A stretch of DNA of 64,000 bases from Bifidobacteriaceae bacterium (GTDB taxonomy: Bacteria > Actinomycetota > Actinomycetes > Actinomycetales > Bifidobacteriaceae). Where the stretch lies: NCBI GenBank assembly GCA_022650895.1, contig JALCQC010000009.1, positions 477-64,476 on the forward strand, written 5' to 3'. The translations under genes were made by a program, and so were the position numbers. Every line of letters starts with the position of its first letter. Position 1 is the first letter of the stretch. A model generated the notes under the pieces. That model ran no database searches. It was not told where the DNA came from and saw only the letters and a program-made list of their open reading frames with translations. Shown here piece after piece: positions 1 to 10,395 of this stretch.

Positions 1-2014
1 CAGTCCCTGGAGTAGAGAAATCCCCCGTAGACACATCCCATTTTACAGGTGCAGTTACTTGTGAGCCATCGTCATATTCCGACGTCGAGTTTCCGAGTTT
101 GACATCTACGGTAGCCGGCAATCTGTCATTCACATCGTTTGCAGAGGTTCCTTCTCCAACAGTGATGTCTTGTGTAGCGGAAACCTGGGCAGATTTCACC
201 TCGTCGGTTTCACGCACCAGTTTCCATTCTTGCGATCCATCATTAAGGGCAGTGGCGAGCTTCACGTTGGTAAGATCATAGCCCGTTGCAAATAGACTGC
301 TGTTGTCCGTGGACTTCAGGCGATAATACCCATTACCCTCATCCACAAGCGTCCAAGGACGGTTCCCCTCGTCGACCCATTGCGTGAGTAACGCACCTTG
401 ACTGACATTGTTCTGCCAGATTCCCAGCGAACGTCCCCCTGATTTGTTGATAAGTGCAACTGTAGCCCCATCGCTTATCGAAGTTCCATCTGCTGGTACT
501 ACATGCCAGTACTGGGTTTCGGCAGCAGCATCAGAGGAAGCAAGTTGCACTTCCGTCTTCACATTCGCCGAATTGTTGTTATATGAGTCATCCTGGGTTT
601 TCTGGTTAGTACCGAGTACTTGCCCTGTCTTTTTATTTACCAACTGGTAGTAGGCACCCTTTGACTTGCCGAGATCAACCTCTCCATACGAGATACTGTA
701 TCCTCCGAAAGTTCCTTGAAGGATAACGATTCGACCAGTCTGTGGAACGTACTGCATGTTTCTGCTATATCCTGCGTCCACCGTTGTTTTGTATTGTTTC
801 CATGAACCATCCGATCGTCCAGACTCGTTCACCCAGATGTCACTGCTATTTGAAGCGTTATATAGAATCCTTCCATCAGGCAGCTTGATCAACACAGAGT
901 TACCGCCCATGGACAGATTACCAAGATTACCTATCCCAGTTTTTTGTACTTTATAGAATTCCAGAGGGTTGTCCGCAATCTTGTATTGCACATTATTACC
1001 ACCCCCATGCCACTCGAAAGTCATTAACCATTTACCGTCTTCGGTCGGAACTACCGTAGTCATACCCGGACGCCCACCACCGGCATATTTGCCTTCGAAC
1101 TGGGAACCAGCGTCATCCACAACCATCGTGCTCCAGTTACCGGCACCATCCCATGTTTTATGCGCAAGTATCTGTCCACTACCCCCATCTTCAACGGCTG
1201 TTGCATTATCGTCGGCAATCGAAATAGTCCCGTTAGTTGAGTTGTACGAGCTCCAGTCATACTCGTTCTCGTCAGAGTAGTAGCAGACAAGTTTGCCGTC
1301 ATACACCATGAGAAAAGGTTCCCAGATGGGGTCATTCTGGTGTGCACTGTTCTCTGTGGCGAAAGGACCTCCGTAAGATCCCTGCCAGCCACCCTCAGCC
1401 ACGATATTCTGGACATCCCAAGTCACACCTCCATCTGTACTCGAATACAGAGCTAGCGCAACATCTTCACGATCGAAATCATCAGACGTTCTGTTGAAAT
1501 TTGGATCTGCCGCAAGCTGTTCTTTGAGGTATGGATCATCTCCGGATACTACCGCCGCCAGAAGAAGTGTTCCCTTGGTAAGCGACCCTACGGTTTCTGG
1601 CATTACGTATAGATATGGATTAGTCCAAGCGCTGGTCCATTTCGAGAATTCCGCCTCACGCTTCGTTCCCTTGGTCAATTCCGCGGGTGATTTAACATCA
1701 CTCAAATGCGTCCAGCTGGTCCCATAATCTGAACTCGAATATACGGGCATCGTTTGCCCGACTGGATCACCGACGCTACGCTCGAAAGTAGCAACCAATG
1801 TGCCGTTTTCAAGCTGCGCTGATTTCGGGTACAGAATTGGATTTTTCTTATTAAAATTTGCTATCTCATCTGCAGAAGCAGTATAAAATGTTTTTGCAGT
1901 TGGTTGATATGCAAATGCTGTTGTCGGTGTCAGGGCAACAGCACCTACTGTAGCCAAGCCCGCCACCAGGGCTAGAAGCGCTGGCACTCGTCGTTTGATA
2001 GTCGCAATTTTCAT
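1..2014 (-). CDS. Secreted BNR/Asp-box (sialidase-fold) glycosidase with ricin-type (QxW)3 lectin and Ig-like C-terminal modules; C-terminus runs off the window
   Basis: Absent from the ORF track because there is no stop inside the window. I translated the - strand from the ATG (complement of 2012-2014). It shows signal peptide MKIATIKRRVPALLALVAGLATVGAVALTPTTAFA, Asp-boxes SSDYGTSW and SSTDGGVTW, and QxW motifs TQYWHVV / LTQWVDE / SQEWKLV. The frame stays open to position 1. Confidence 0.75.
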   Translation of the reverse strand, partial: MKIATIKRRVPALLALVAGLATVGAVALTPTTAFAYQPTAKTFYTASADEIANFNKKNPILYPKSAQLENGTLVATFERSVGDPVGQTMPVYSSSDYGTSWTHLSDVKSPAELTKGTKREAEFSKWTSAWTNPYLYVMPETVGSLTKGTLLLAAVVSGDDPYLKEQLAADPNFNRTSDDFDREDVALALYSSTDGGVTWDVQNIVAEGGWQGSYGGPFATENSAHQNDPIWEPFLMVYDGKLVCYYSDENEYDWSSYNSTNGTISIADDNATAVEDGGSGQILAHKTWDGAGNWSTMVVDDAGSQFEGKYAGGGRPGMTTVVPTEDGKWLMTFEWHGGGNNVQYKIADNPLEFYKVQKTGIGNLGNLSMGGNSVLIKLPDGRILYNASNSSDIWVNESGRSDGSWKQYKTTVDAGYSRNMQYVPQTGRIVILQGTFGGYSISYGEVDLGKSKGAYYQLVNKKTGQVLGTNQKTQDDSYNNNSANVKTEVQLASSDAAAETQYWHVVPADGTSISDGATVALINKSGGRSLGIWQNNVSQGALLTQWVDEGNRPWTLVDEGNGYYRLKSTDNSSLFATGYDLTNVKLATALNDGSQEWKLVRETDEVKSAQVSATQDITVGEGTSANDVNDRLPATVDVKLGNSTSEYDDGSQVTAPVKWDVSTGDFSTPGT

Positions 2015-2275
2015 CATTAATCTTTCTGTGTCACTTCCTTGTGACATTTTCTTAATTATTACTGCGCTTCAGACATTGATGAATAGTTCAATTCTCGTTG
2101 TTGCCTGTGAGACCGTCAAAACCACTGTGTTATATCAGTCATTCAGCACATATCGAGAAACTAAATTCAACAAAATCAGTCATCATAGGTCTGCCCAATA
2201 ATTTCAGTTGAGCAGACCCGTTGCATGCACCTCCTCTCAGTCTCCCATTGGGATACGTAACAATACGTTTCCCAA

Positions 2276-3712
2276 TCACCTACCATCACTGGCATTGGCG
2301 ATGAGGAAAGAGTTAAATGACCGCGGTTTGAGCGTTGCGACATAATTTGATTTCGTTCCATCATGCGCGTTATGTCCAAATGCCGACGTGTCAAAACTGA
2401 ACTGCATTTCTCTTTCTAACGCATTCTGCGCTACCACAACTACCGACCCATCTGGGTTCTCATAGGCAGAAGCCTGAGAAGAGCAACGACCTTGCACCTC
2501 TAATAACCGTGCCCCAGGTTTAATGAAATGTGAATAATGCTTCAGCACGTAATACTCTGGGTTTCGTCTGAACGTGTGCGCCGCCTCATCAACCGTATAC
2601 AGGGAATTTTGGCGCCAACCCCAAGTAGACTCAGTCCCACCTAATACCATGTTCCAGTAGGTGTAAGCGGTGGCACCCTCAGTGAAATATTTATTGATTA
2701 AATGAAAGATATATTCCGCGTATTCCCAAGAGTTATCACCCGTTCCACACTCTGATTCCGTCTGGATAATCTCAAGTTCGGGCCAATCCTTTTTCGTCCG
2801 AGAAACACAGTGCTGTCCCTCCCACTGGTACCCGACACCGGAAATATATTGTCTAGCCTTGTCATCAAATAAAATATTGTCGACGTAACGATTATAATTT
2901 TCGACATCAATACCGTATAAGCTCACAAAAGCGGCATCACGCGGACCATTAAGCGTGCCTAGCCAGATCTCAACCACAGAACCTTCCCCGAAAGCCTCAT
3001 TGACTATTGGGTTCGTTCCCTGAAGTAGGCCCGCCTGTTCAAAGACAGGTCCCAGATAATCCCGAATAAAGATACGAAGGTCTTCAGATTTCCAAGTGCA
3101 GGACGGGTACTTGGCGTCAGACCACACCTCATTCTGTGGGAACACCTGTGAAACCCGTATTCCACGTTTGGCATATTCCTCAACGTAACGGACAAAATAC
3201 AGTGCATAGGAGGCGAGATTCTCGGGCTCCATCGCGATGCGACCATAATTGTAAACTGCAGGATATTTCATCCATGTAGGAGGGCTCCAGGGAGATACAT
3301 GGAGTGTTAGATCGGGCTGGTACCGTTGAGCATTCCTTATGTAAGGAATGATGCAGCTATCATCATGCCCAACCGAGAAATGTTCAAGTTCAAAGTCTCC
3401 AGGCACCTCATCATAGCTGTACCAACCTGCAGCAAAATCATTTGCTCCGATCGGAGCACGGTTATAAACAAAGTTACATTCATCGGGAGAAAAAAGAGTA
3501 CGCATGATCTCCTCGCGACTCTCTGAATCCAACGACTGCATCGGGAGCCAACCTATTTCATTAAAACAACCCCCAAAGCCACGCAAAACCTGCAAACTGC
3601 GCCCTGTCAACGTTATATTAGCTTTCCTTGTTGATGGTTGACGCAATCTACGTACTTGCGTGCTCCTGTCATTCCACTGACTGCCGCGTGTCGATTCCAC
3701 CCAGGTAATCAT
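2276..3712 (-). CDS. GH30 glycoside hydrolase (glucosylceramidase-like)
   Basis: 478 aa. FGGCFNEIGW, RAPIGANDFA..YSYDEVPGDFELEHFSV and HVSPWSPPTWMK align with classic GH30/GBA motifs. AAGGAG lies 9 nt upstream of the ATG. Confidence 0.85.
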   Translation of the reverse strand: MITWVESTRGSQWNDRSTQVRRLRQPSTRKANITLTGRSLQVLRGFGGCFNEIGWLPMQSLDSESREEIMRTLFSPDECNFVYNRAPIGANDFAAGWYSYDEVPGDFELEHFSVGHDDSCIIPYIRNAQRYQPDLTLHVSPWSPPTWMKYPAVYNYGRIAMEPENLASYALYFVRYVEEYAKRGIRVSQVFPQNEVWSDAKYPSCTWKSEDLRIFIRDYLGPVFEQAGLLQGTNPIVNEAFGEGSVVEIWLGTLNGPRDAAFVSLYGIDVENYNRYVDNILFDDKARQYISGVGYQWEGQHCVSRTKKDWPELEIIQTESECGTGDNSWEYAEYIFHLINKYFTEGATAYTYWNMVLGGTESTWGWRQNSLYTVDEAAHTFRRNPEYYVLKHYSHFIKPGARLLEVQGRCSSQASAYENPDGSVVVVAQNALEREMQFSFDTSAFGHNAHDGTKSNYVATLKPRSFNSFLIANASDGR

Positions 3713-3866
3713 GATAAGAAACTCCTTAATGCGATTTAATACTCTGTCTTATTGATTCGGCTTCGTCGTTCGCATATAGCTCTGATATAAAGTTCGACGA
3801 ATCATGGATTCCTCGTCCAGAGACATAACAGATCAAAACCCTTGCCGAAAATCATGACATGGTTGT

Positions 3867-4697
3867 CTATTTACTAAATCCAGCTGTCAGGCCCGCCACC
3901 ATTTGTTTGCGGCCAAATATGTATGCCGTTAACAACGGAATAACTGATACAACGACCGCTGCAAGCAATCCTGGAATGTCAACAGTGAATTGCCCTTGGA
4001 ATGCCCACAGGCTCATCGTGATGACTCTGTTGCTCTGACTCTGCGTCAGGATAAGGGGGAACAAGAATCCATTCCAGACCTGCAGTGCGTCATATATTGC
4101 CACAGTTATGATTGCGGGCTTTATCATAGGAATAGCGAGCTTGAACATGATCTTAAATTCAGAAGCCCCATCAACTTCCATTGCCTCAAACAATGACTGA
4201 GGAATATCTCGCAGGAAATTGCATAAAATCATAACGGTGATTGGAATAGCGAATCCTACCGATGGCAGTATAATCGCCCAAAGAGTGTCGTACAGACCCA
4301 TTTTGATGATCAGATAATACACAGGAATGATAGTTGCCTGCATTGGAATCGCGAGCCCAACAATGATGACCTTGTAGATTGTACGCGCCGGCCCGTCTGC
4401 ACGCCGAGTAATGGCGTACGCTGCCATGATCGTAACCAGGAGAGTTAATACAACAGTCACTAAGGTAACAAAAAGAGTGTTACCAATATAGAGCAGAAAG
4501 TCATTCGCAAATACCCGACCATAAGCATCCAGTGTGGGCTTAGAGGGTAGAGACAACGGATTTGTAGAATAAATCTCACTCTGATCGCGCAGCGACGTGA
4601 CAACAATATAGTAAATCGGTATTACTACGATAAGGAGCCAAACCCAACCTAGGAATCCCCCTACTAGATTGTATTGCTTATTCTTAATACGAATCAT
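3867..4697 (-). CDS. Carbohydrate ABC transporter permease (MalG-type)
   Basis: 276 aa polytopic membrane protein with the typical CUT1 permease layout. Its start lies 2 nt downstream of the stop of the upstream permease gene. Confidence 0.9.
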   Translation of the reverse strand: MIRIKNKQYNLVGGFLGWVWLLIVVIPIYYIVVTSLRDQSEIYSTNPLSLPSKPTLDAYGRVFANDFLLYIGNTLFVTLVTVVLTLLVTIMAAYAITRRADGPARTIYKVIIVGLAIPMQATIIPVYYLIIKMGLYDTLWAIILPSVGFAIPITVMILCNFLRDIPQSLFEAMEVDGASEFKIMFKLAIPMIKPAIITVAIYDALQVWNGFLFPLILTQSQSNRVITMSLWAFQGQFTVDIPGLLAAVVVSVIPLLTAYIFGRKQMVAGLTAGFSK

Positions 4698-4698
4698 C

Positions 4699-5640
4699 TC
4701 ACGCTCCCTCCATCTGGCTTTCCATCTTGTCGCTCCCTGAGAGCCGATTAAGAATCAGCGAAACCGCTATACCCAGCGCGAGAATAATCACACCGACGAC
4801 GCTGGCACCGCCCATGTCATAGCTTTTGAATCCTTTAAGATACATATCCAGCGGGAGTATTCGAGTTGCATTTCCAGGACCTCCGGCAGTCATGACATAT
4901 ACCAAATCGAAATATGTTAACGAGCCGACGATCATCAGAGTCGAATCCGTAGCAAATGTGTACTTTAGTTGCGGCAAAGTTATGGAAAAGAATTGCCTTA
5001 CTGTACCCGCTCCGTCAATAGTCGCTGCCTCATACATTGAGGTAGGCACCTGTCGCACAGCACCTTGATACAGGAGGGAGTGCAGAGGGATGAAACACCA
5101 CGAAACAACGAAGATGATAGCGTACAGAGCAGTCTTCGGGTCTCCCAGCCAGTTGTGAGCTAACCAATCAATACCAAATGCTCTGCCCACACCGAAGTTG
5201 GGATCGAGAAGTTTCTTGAAAGTGATGGCAACGGCTGTTGAGCTGAATAGCAACGGTATAAAGTAAAGCACTCCCAACAATGCTCTGTACTTCTGAGGCC
5301 CTGCCATAAATGTACCCAATAGTATGCAGATAGGAGTCTGCACTGCCCAACTCACAACAGTTAAGATGATGGTAATTTTTATTGCGTTGAGCACCAAGGG
5401 GTCATTCAACATCCGATTCCAATTTCCAAGACCATTGAATGTAATCGCCGACAATCCATCCCAGTTTGTGAATGACAAGATGGCAACACCAACAAGCGGC
5501 ACGAGCGCGAAGACACCGAAGAACAAGAGGGCCGGTGCCGTATACAACAAAGAGGGTCCTCGGTGCAAATGATTTTTCGGAAGCTTGGCGGACGTTGATC
5601 TACGATCGTCATCTTCCTTTTGATATATGGCATTAGCCAT
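4699..5640 (-). CDS. Carbohydrate ABC transporter permease (MalF-type)
   Basis: 313 aa, six predicted TM segments, in an operon with the SBP and second permease. Confidence 0.9.
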   Translation of the reverse strand: MANAIYQKEDDDRRSTSAKLPKNHLHRGPSLLYTAPALLFFGVFALVPLVGVAILSFTNWDGLSAITFNGLGNWNRMLNDPLVLNAIKITIILTVVSWAVQTPICILLGTFMAGPQKYRALLGVLYFIPLLFSSTAVAITFKKLLDPNFGVGRAFGIDWLAHNWLGDPKTALYAIIFVVSWCFIPLHSLLYQGAVRQVPTSMYEAATIDGAGTVRQFFSITLPQLKYTFATDSTLMIVGSLTYFDLVYVMTAGGPGNATRILPLDMYLKGFKSYDMGGASVVGVIILALGIAVSLILNRLSGSDKMESQMEGA

Positions 5641-5766
5641 GGCACAACTCCAATTATTGATTTTGAAGTGCTCGCTACCTAGGCACCCATGTGAGAGGAT
5701 ATGGGTGCCTACAGTAACGACAATTCAATGAGTTATCCGACAATTAGTGAAGTAGCGGATACTTCC

Positions 5767-7083
5767 TTATTCCAAGGTTTTGTTCATTGCCTCTGCGAAC
5801 TGTTTCGGCGTTATCTGCTTGAGAAAGACCTGTTCGAGATTGTTCAACAGAGCTTGCCCCTGAGCAGAGGGCAACGCCACATCAAGTGATAGCTGATAGC
5901 TGGAAGCCTTTTTAACCGCGTTATACACATATGTCAGAAAACCAGTACCGTCATCTGCCGACTTGATCTCGTTTTCAATACCCTTCACAGGAGGAACGCC
6001 ACCACTGGAAAGCAAACCTTTTACGATGCTGTCCGAATACGTATTCGATTTAAGATAACTGACGGCAGTCGCCCGTGATGTCTTGCTGGCCGAAGAGGCT
6101 ACAGACCAGTAGTTTGCCAAATTACCCGTAAGCATGGTGGGATCGCCTTTCCCTCCTTCAACCTTTGGGAATGCTGCGAACCCAAGATCGTTCTTCGCAA
6201 AGGACGCATTAATACTGGCGAAGTCTGCATACACCCATGTACCCATGAGATCGAATCCTGCCTGGCCATTGGCAAGCAGAGCGGTATCGGCTTTATCATC
6301 GGCAGTCATTGAAGTGTAACTGTCCCCAAATGCTCCTGCATCGACAAGCTGCTGAATCTTCGCCATGGCTTCGATGACTGCTGCGTTGCTCCATGCATTG
6401 GTCTTCCCAGCCAGGATGTCTTTCATCACATCAGGGCCACCAATTCTATCAATCAGATATGCCGCCCACATCAGATATGGCCACTTGCTACCTCCGGCTA
6501 GAGAAATAGGAGTTTTGCCGGCCGCTTTGAGCTTTGCGACATCCTGTAACAGTTCATCCCACGTAGTCGGAGCAGCACTAATACCGGCTTCTTTGAGCAC
6601 AGCTTTATTCGTCCACAGAATGGCAGGCTGCACCTGTCCTACCGGTACAGCGTAGAGTTTTCCGTCACGGTACCCTTCGGCTGCGACCACATCCAGCACT
6701 TTAGACTTGACTACCGAATTCAAATCAGACGTCAGATCAACAACATTCTTGTTAGACACGTAATCCGTTACCGGGGAACCACCCCAGCTCAGTACCAGAG
6801 TTGGCCCGTTTCCTGACCCAATTGCCGAGCGGATCTTCTCTTTGTAAGCGTCATTTGCAAATTCCTCATTTTTGATCTGCTCATTAGGATGATCCTTGTT
6901 CCATTCAACAAATGTTTCTTTGACACTGGACCACGTACTGTCGTTCAAACTCCAAACAGTGGCACCAGAACCCGATGCTGCACCGGCGGGTGTCGATCCG
7001 CAGGCTGTTGTACCCAGAAGTGTCCCCCCCGCGACAATCACCGCAACAAATCTCACGATTTTGTTCCGTAACGTTCCTCTCAT
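5767..7083 (-). CDS. Extracellular sugar-binding lipoprotein of the ABC importer
   Basis: I prefer the start at M25 of the track ORF (ATG complement 7081-7083), preceded by GGAGGAG. N-terminus MRGTLRNKIVRFVAVIVAGGTLLGTTACGS is a lipobox signal. Confidence 0.85.
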   Translation of the reverse strand: MRGTLRNKIVRFVAVIVAGGTLLGTTACGSTPAGAASGSGATVWSLNDSTWSSVKETFVEWNKDHPNEQIKNEEFANDAYKEKIRSAIGSGNGPTLVLSWGGSPVTDYVSNKNVVDLTSDLNSVVKSKVLDVVAAEGYRDGKLYAVPVGQVQPAILWTNKAVLKEAGISAAPTTWDELLQDVAKLKAAGKTPISLAGGSKWPYLMWAAYLIDRIGGPDVMKDILAGKTNAWSNAAVIEAMAKIQQLVDAGAFGDSYTSMTADDKADTALLANGQAGFDLMGTWVYADFASINASFAKNDLGFAAFPKVEGGKGDPTMLTGNLANYWSVASSASKTSRATAVSYLKSNTYSDSIVKGLLSSGGVPPVKGIENEIKSADDGTGFLTYVYNAVKKASSYQLSLDVALPSAQGQALLNNLEQVFLKQITPKQFAEAMNKTLE

Positions 7084-7161
7084 AGCTCCTCCTTGAACTA
7101 TTGATTTGTTAAGTAACCTTTTTTGCACGGTGAATACTTCCGCCAGCGGCTTCAACTATAC

Positions 7162-7179
7162 ACTGAGTGACCACTCAGT
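7162..7179. promoter_or_regulatory. Candidate TetR operator: 8-bp perfect inverted arms ACTGAGTG-AC-CACTCAGT
   Basis: Palindrome read directly from the sequence. It sits ~80 bp upstream of the SBP start and downstream of the TetR gene. Confidence 0.4.
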
Positions 7180-7374
7180 TCAAATCCTACGACATGTCTC
7201 GGTCACTATCTGAAACTCACTTATCAAGAAACAAAAAAGCCATGAAGGAACCGATAAATAAGGCCATTACAATCAATAAAAATTGAGGGAGGTATCTTTT
7301 GTAACTGAAAGATGGCTAATTACTGTTGAACCTCGTTGATTTCATCTTCCCTACTTCCCTCTGCGTCCTATCTA

Positions 7375-8028
7375 TCAAACAGCGGATCCTTCAGACGGAA
7401 TTATTCGATCGATCAGCCGCTGCCACAAACCTGGCATATCTAAGGTCTTGTTACTGCGCAACCACCGCAACTGCAAGCCGTCCATCGCAGATAGCACTTC
7501 AATCGCCGTAGACTCAGGTTCATCAACTCCATCACGCGCAGCCGCCTGCCGATACTCATTCAAAACCCACTGCTCACGATCTTGCATATACCGCCAGGCT
7601 GGATGGTCTTCACCCAGCGCTTCGCCCTGCAAAACCATATACAGCCTTACAATTTCAGGGCGATCCACATTAAGACGGCATGTAGTGATGCTTAACTCAC
7701 GTAAGCCAACTGGAAAAGGGTCACCTTCCAGCTTTTCAATGCCCAAGCTCTCGCACAGCATCATGCGATCAACCTTGTCCCTGTAATCAAGTACAGAAAT
7801 CAGCAATTCATCTTTGGATTTGAAGTGATACAGCACTCCACCTTCAGTTATGCCACATTCATTGGCGACATCTCGTAGGGTAAACCCACGAAACCCCAAA
7901 TCACTTATCAGCAGCGTTGCCTCTTCCAGAATCTGGGTTTTTCTCTCTTCGACCGGAATCCGCTTATACCTGTTTCCGCCGCTTCTACGCCCCATAGAAA
8001 ATACTCCTAACACCTGATCAGTCAACAT
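7375..8028 (-). CDS. TetR/AcrR-family transcriptional regulator
   Basis: N-terminal HTH FTLRDVANECGITEGGVLYHFKSKDELL. The start could be the second Met at 7995. Confidence 0.85.
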   Translation of the reverse strand: MLTDQVLGVFSMGRRSGGNRYKRIPVEERKTQILEEATLLISDLGFRGFTLRDVANECGITEGGVLYHFKSKDELLISVLDYRDKVDRMMLCESLGIEKLEGDPFPVGLRELSITTCRLNVDRPEIVRLYMVLQGEALGEDHPAWRYMQDREQWVLNEYRQAAARDGVDEPESTAIEVLSAMDGLQLRWLRSNKTLDMPGLWQRLIDRIIPSEGSAV

Positions 8029-8576
8029 ATTCTAAGCGGACGATACGTCACACATACTCGTGCGCACTTCGAATTGTCAAAGCTCACTCAATAGATATTC
8101 AATTTACGCCATTCCGTCTGCACCTATCCGCACAGCATATAGAGAGCACTAGCAAGCCAGCTAACTGCTCATCTTCTCCACCAATATTGGTCACACTATT
8201 CACAACGAAATCGCGGATACATGACGAAGTACATCTTCAATCAAATCAATCAAGCAGCAACACAAGACCAGCCCCTGACCAAACAATGAGACACCGAGGG
8301 AATAACGTCCATCCAAACGGGGAGAATCAGAATTTATAGATAAATGAGAAAATGCGGGAAGTGACGTCGATGCCGTCGCCGAGGAGAGGGATTAGCCCCG
8401 AACAGTTTGCACACCGGCCCTAAATGAGAGCCGATCTTTGCCGAAGGTCGGCCCTAGACGAGGACCAACTCTCGGCGAAGGTCGCCGAAGTTTCCTCCCC
8501 CGGACGCTTCAGCCGACGCTGCCAAACTGCGGCAGCGCTTATCTAGGAAGATCGCTTATCCAGAAAGAGGGTCGTC

Positions 8577-9980
8577 GTGAAAACCTCCACAGAGCTCTGG
8601 CGCACAGAAGGGTACACGGCATGGTTCACTGCCGATACCGCAGCGGCCATCGGCGCGACATTGCGCGGTTTCGCGATCCCGCTCATCGCCTTCTCCGTCT
8701 CCCAGTCACTCACCACGGCAGGATGGCTCTCCACACTCTCCGTCGCCCTGCAACAAATATTCGGGCTCTTCGGCGGCACCCTCGTTGACCGCCACCCCCG
8801 CAAACCTCTGATCATCGGCAACGCGCTCATACAGATGCTGCTATGGGCTTCCGTATCCTTGCTCATGCTCAGCGGGCGACTCAGCATGGCGTTCCTTTTC
8901 ACCGTCGTCGCCCTCTCGGCATGCACCACAGGTCTCATCGGAAAAGCAACGGATGCCGCCCTCCGCTCGATCATCGGCGCGCAGAACTATTCCAAGGCGC
9001 GAAGTATCAACGAGGGCCGCGACGCAACCATCAACATGGCCGGCAGCCCAATCGGAGGAATACTCTATGGCATCCAGCCGTGGCTCCCCTTCGTGTGCTC
9101 GGCGGTCGTGTATGCGCTGGCAGGCGGCAGCGCAATGAGGCTGCACCTGCACGAACACCTAGGACTCTCCACCTCGCCAACCGATAAGCGAGAACACAAA
9201 AGGCACCTCCGCGAGCGCACAAAGAGCTCATCGGGTACGCAAGAAAGCCGCACCGTCACGGAACGCGATATCGCCTTTGAAAGTGGTGTTGCCGAGGAAA
9301 ATGGCGTCACGCCGGAAATCGGTGCCGCCACGAACGATGTAGCTCCGCAGTCGTCGTTCCTCAGTGATTTCCTCTTGGGTTGGCGGTGGTCGTTCCATAC
9401 CAAGCGGATACCGTTGATCATAGCCTCAGCGAGTCTCTTGAACTTTGGGCTGGCGGGCGTCCAGTACACCATTCAGCTGCATCTCATCAATATCGGGACC
9501 GATCCGTTCTATATCGGTCTGATGGATACAGGCGTCTGCATCGGCATGCTCGTCGGCGCAGTTTTGGCGAACCGTCTCAGCACCACGGCGCACGTCGGCA
9601 AAACGATGTGCGTCTCGTTCACGCTGGCATTCTTGTTCATGGTTCCCATGTTGTTCGACAACGATTACTGGGTCATCTTCGTCTGCTATACCTGCATGGC
9701 AGCGCCGTTCCCGATGGTCAATTCCATGCTGTTTGGATTCGTTTTCTCGAAAACCGACGAGAATCTGCAGGGTCGCGTCTCCACTGCTATTAGCGCTCCC
9801 GCTCAGATGCTGTCTATGTTCTGCAGTGGCATCGCCGGAACCATTCTCCCCCTCATGGGGTTCACGGCGACGGCGGCGCTCTTCCTGGCGACGATGGCCG
9901 TCAGCGCCCTCATTGCCACGCTCACCCCTGCGATCAGGACCATTCCACGATCCAGCGAGTGGGCGGATGCGGAACTTTAA
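8577..9980 (+). CDS. MFS transporter with a long charged central loop
   Basis: 467 aa, GTG start, about 12 hydrophobic segments split by a ~70-aa charged loop. Confidence 0.8.
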   Translation: MKTSTELWRTEGYTAWFTADTAAAIGATLRGFAIPLIAFSVSQSLTTAGWLSTLSVALQQIFGLFGGTLVDRHPRKPLIIGNALIQMLLWASVSLLMLSGRLSMAFLFTVVALSACTTGLIGKATDAALRSIIGAQNYSKARSINEGRDATINMAGSPIGGILYGIQPWLPFVCSAVVYALAGGSAMRLHLHEHLGLSTSPTDKREHKRHLRERTKSSSGTQESRTVTERDIAFESGVAEENGVTPEIGAATNDVAPQSSFLSDFLLGWRWSFHTKRIPLIIASASLLNFGLAGVQYTIQLHLINIGTDPFYIGLMDTGVCIGMLVGAVLANRLSTTAHVGKTMCVSFTLAFLFMVPMLFDNDYWVIFVCYTCMAAPFPMVNSMLFGFVFSKTDENLQGRVSTAISAPAQMLSMFCSGIAGTILPLMGFTATAALFLATMAVSALIATLTPAIRTIPRSSEWADAEL

Positions 9981-10104
9981 CGCCTCGCCTTACCTCACAT
10001 CACCTCATCTCGCTTTACCTTGCCTCTTCGCTGGAATAGCAGAGATCACGTGGGATGGCGGTTCACGAGAGCATCAGGTCATGAGAGCAGCTTGGGAGCA
10101 GTAC

Positions 10105-10395
10105 TCATGGGAGCAACAGAGCATTGCAGAGAAGGTAGATGACTGCTGCCGCAATGCAGACCGCTCCAACGCACAACAACCATCCCGCAAGTCTGAGTGT
10201 CCAGCGCTGGCTGTGGAAAAGCCCCCATGCGCGAGGAACAAGGGAAAAGAGCATCAAGAAGCCTGACAGAAACAGCGCGATGGCAAAGTTCTCCAGCGCC
10301 ATGTTCACGTGCCCGGGCAGCAAAGTATAGACAAGTCCACTGAGCCCCATCACGAGGGACACCAACCCCACTCCCCGTATTGATCGCACAGTCAT
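10105..10395 (-). CDS. Small polytopic membrane protein, last gene of the FtsX-type ABC operon
   Basis: I prefer the start at M12 of the track ORF, because that ATG overlaps the ATPase stop (ATGA). 96 aa with 3 hydrophobic helices. Confidence 0.5.
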   Translation of the reverse strand: MTVRSIRGVGLVSLVMGLSGLVYTLLPGHVNMALENFAIALFLSGFLMLFSLVPRAWGLFHSQRWTLRLAGWLLCVGAVCIAAAVIYLLCNALLLP

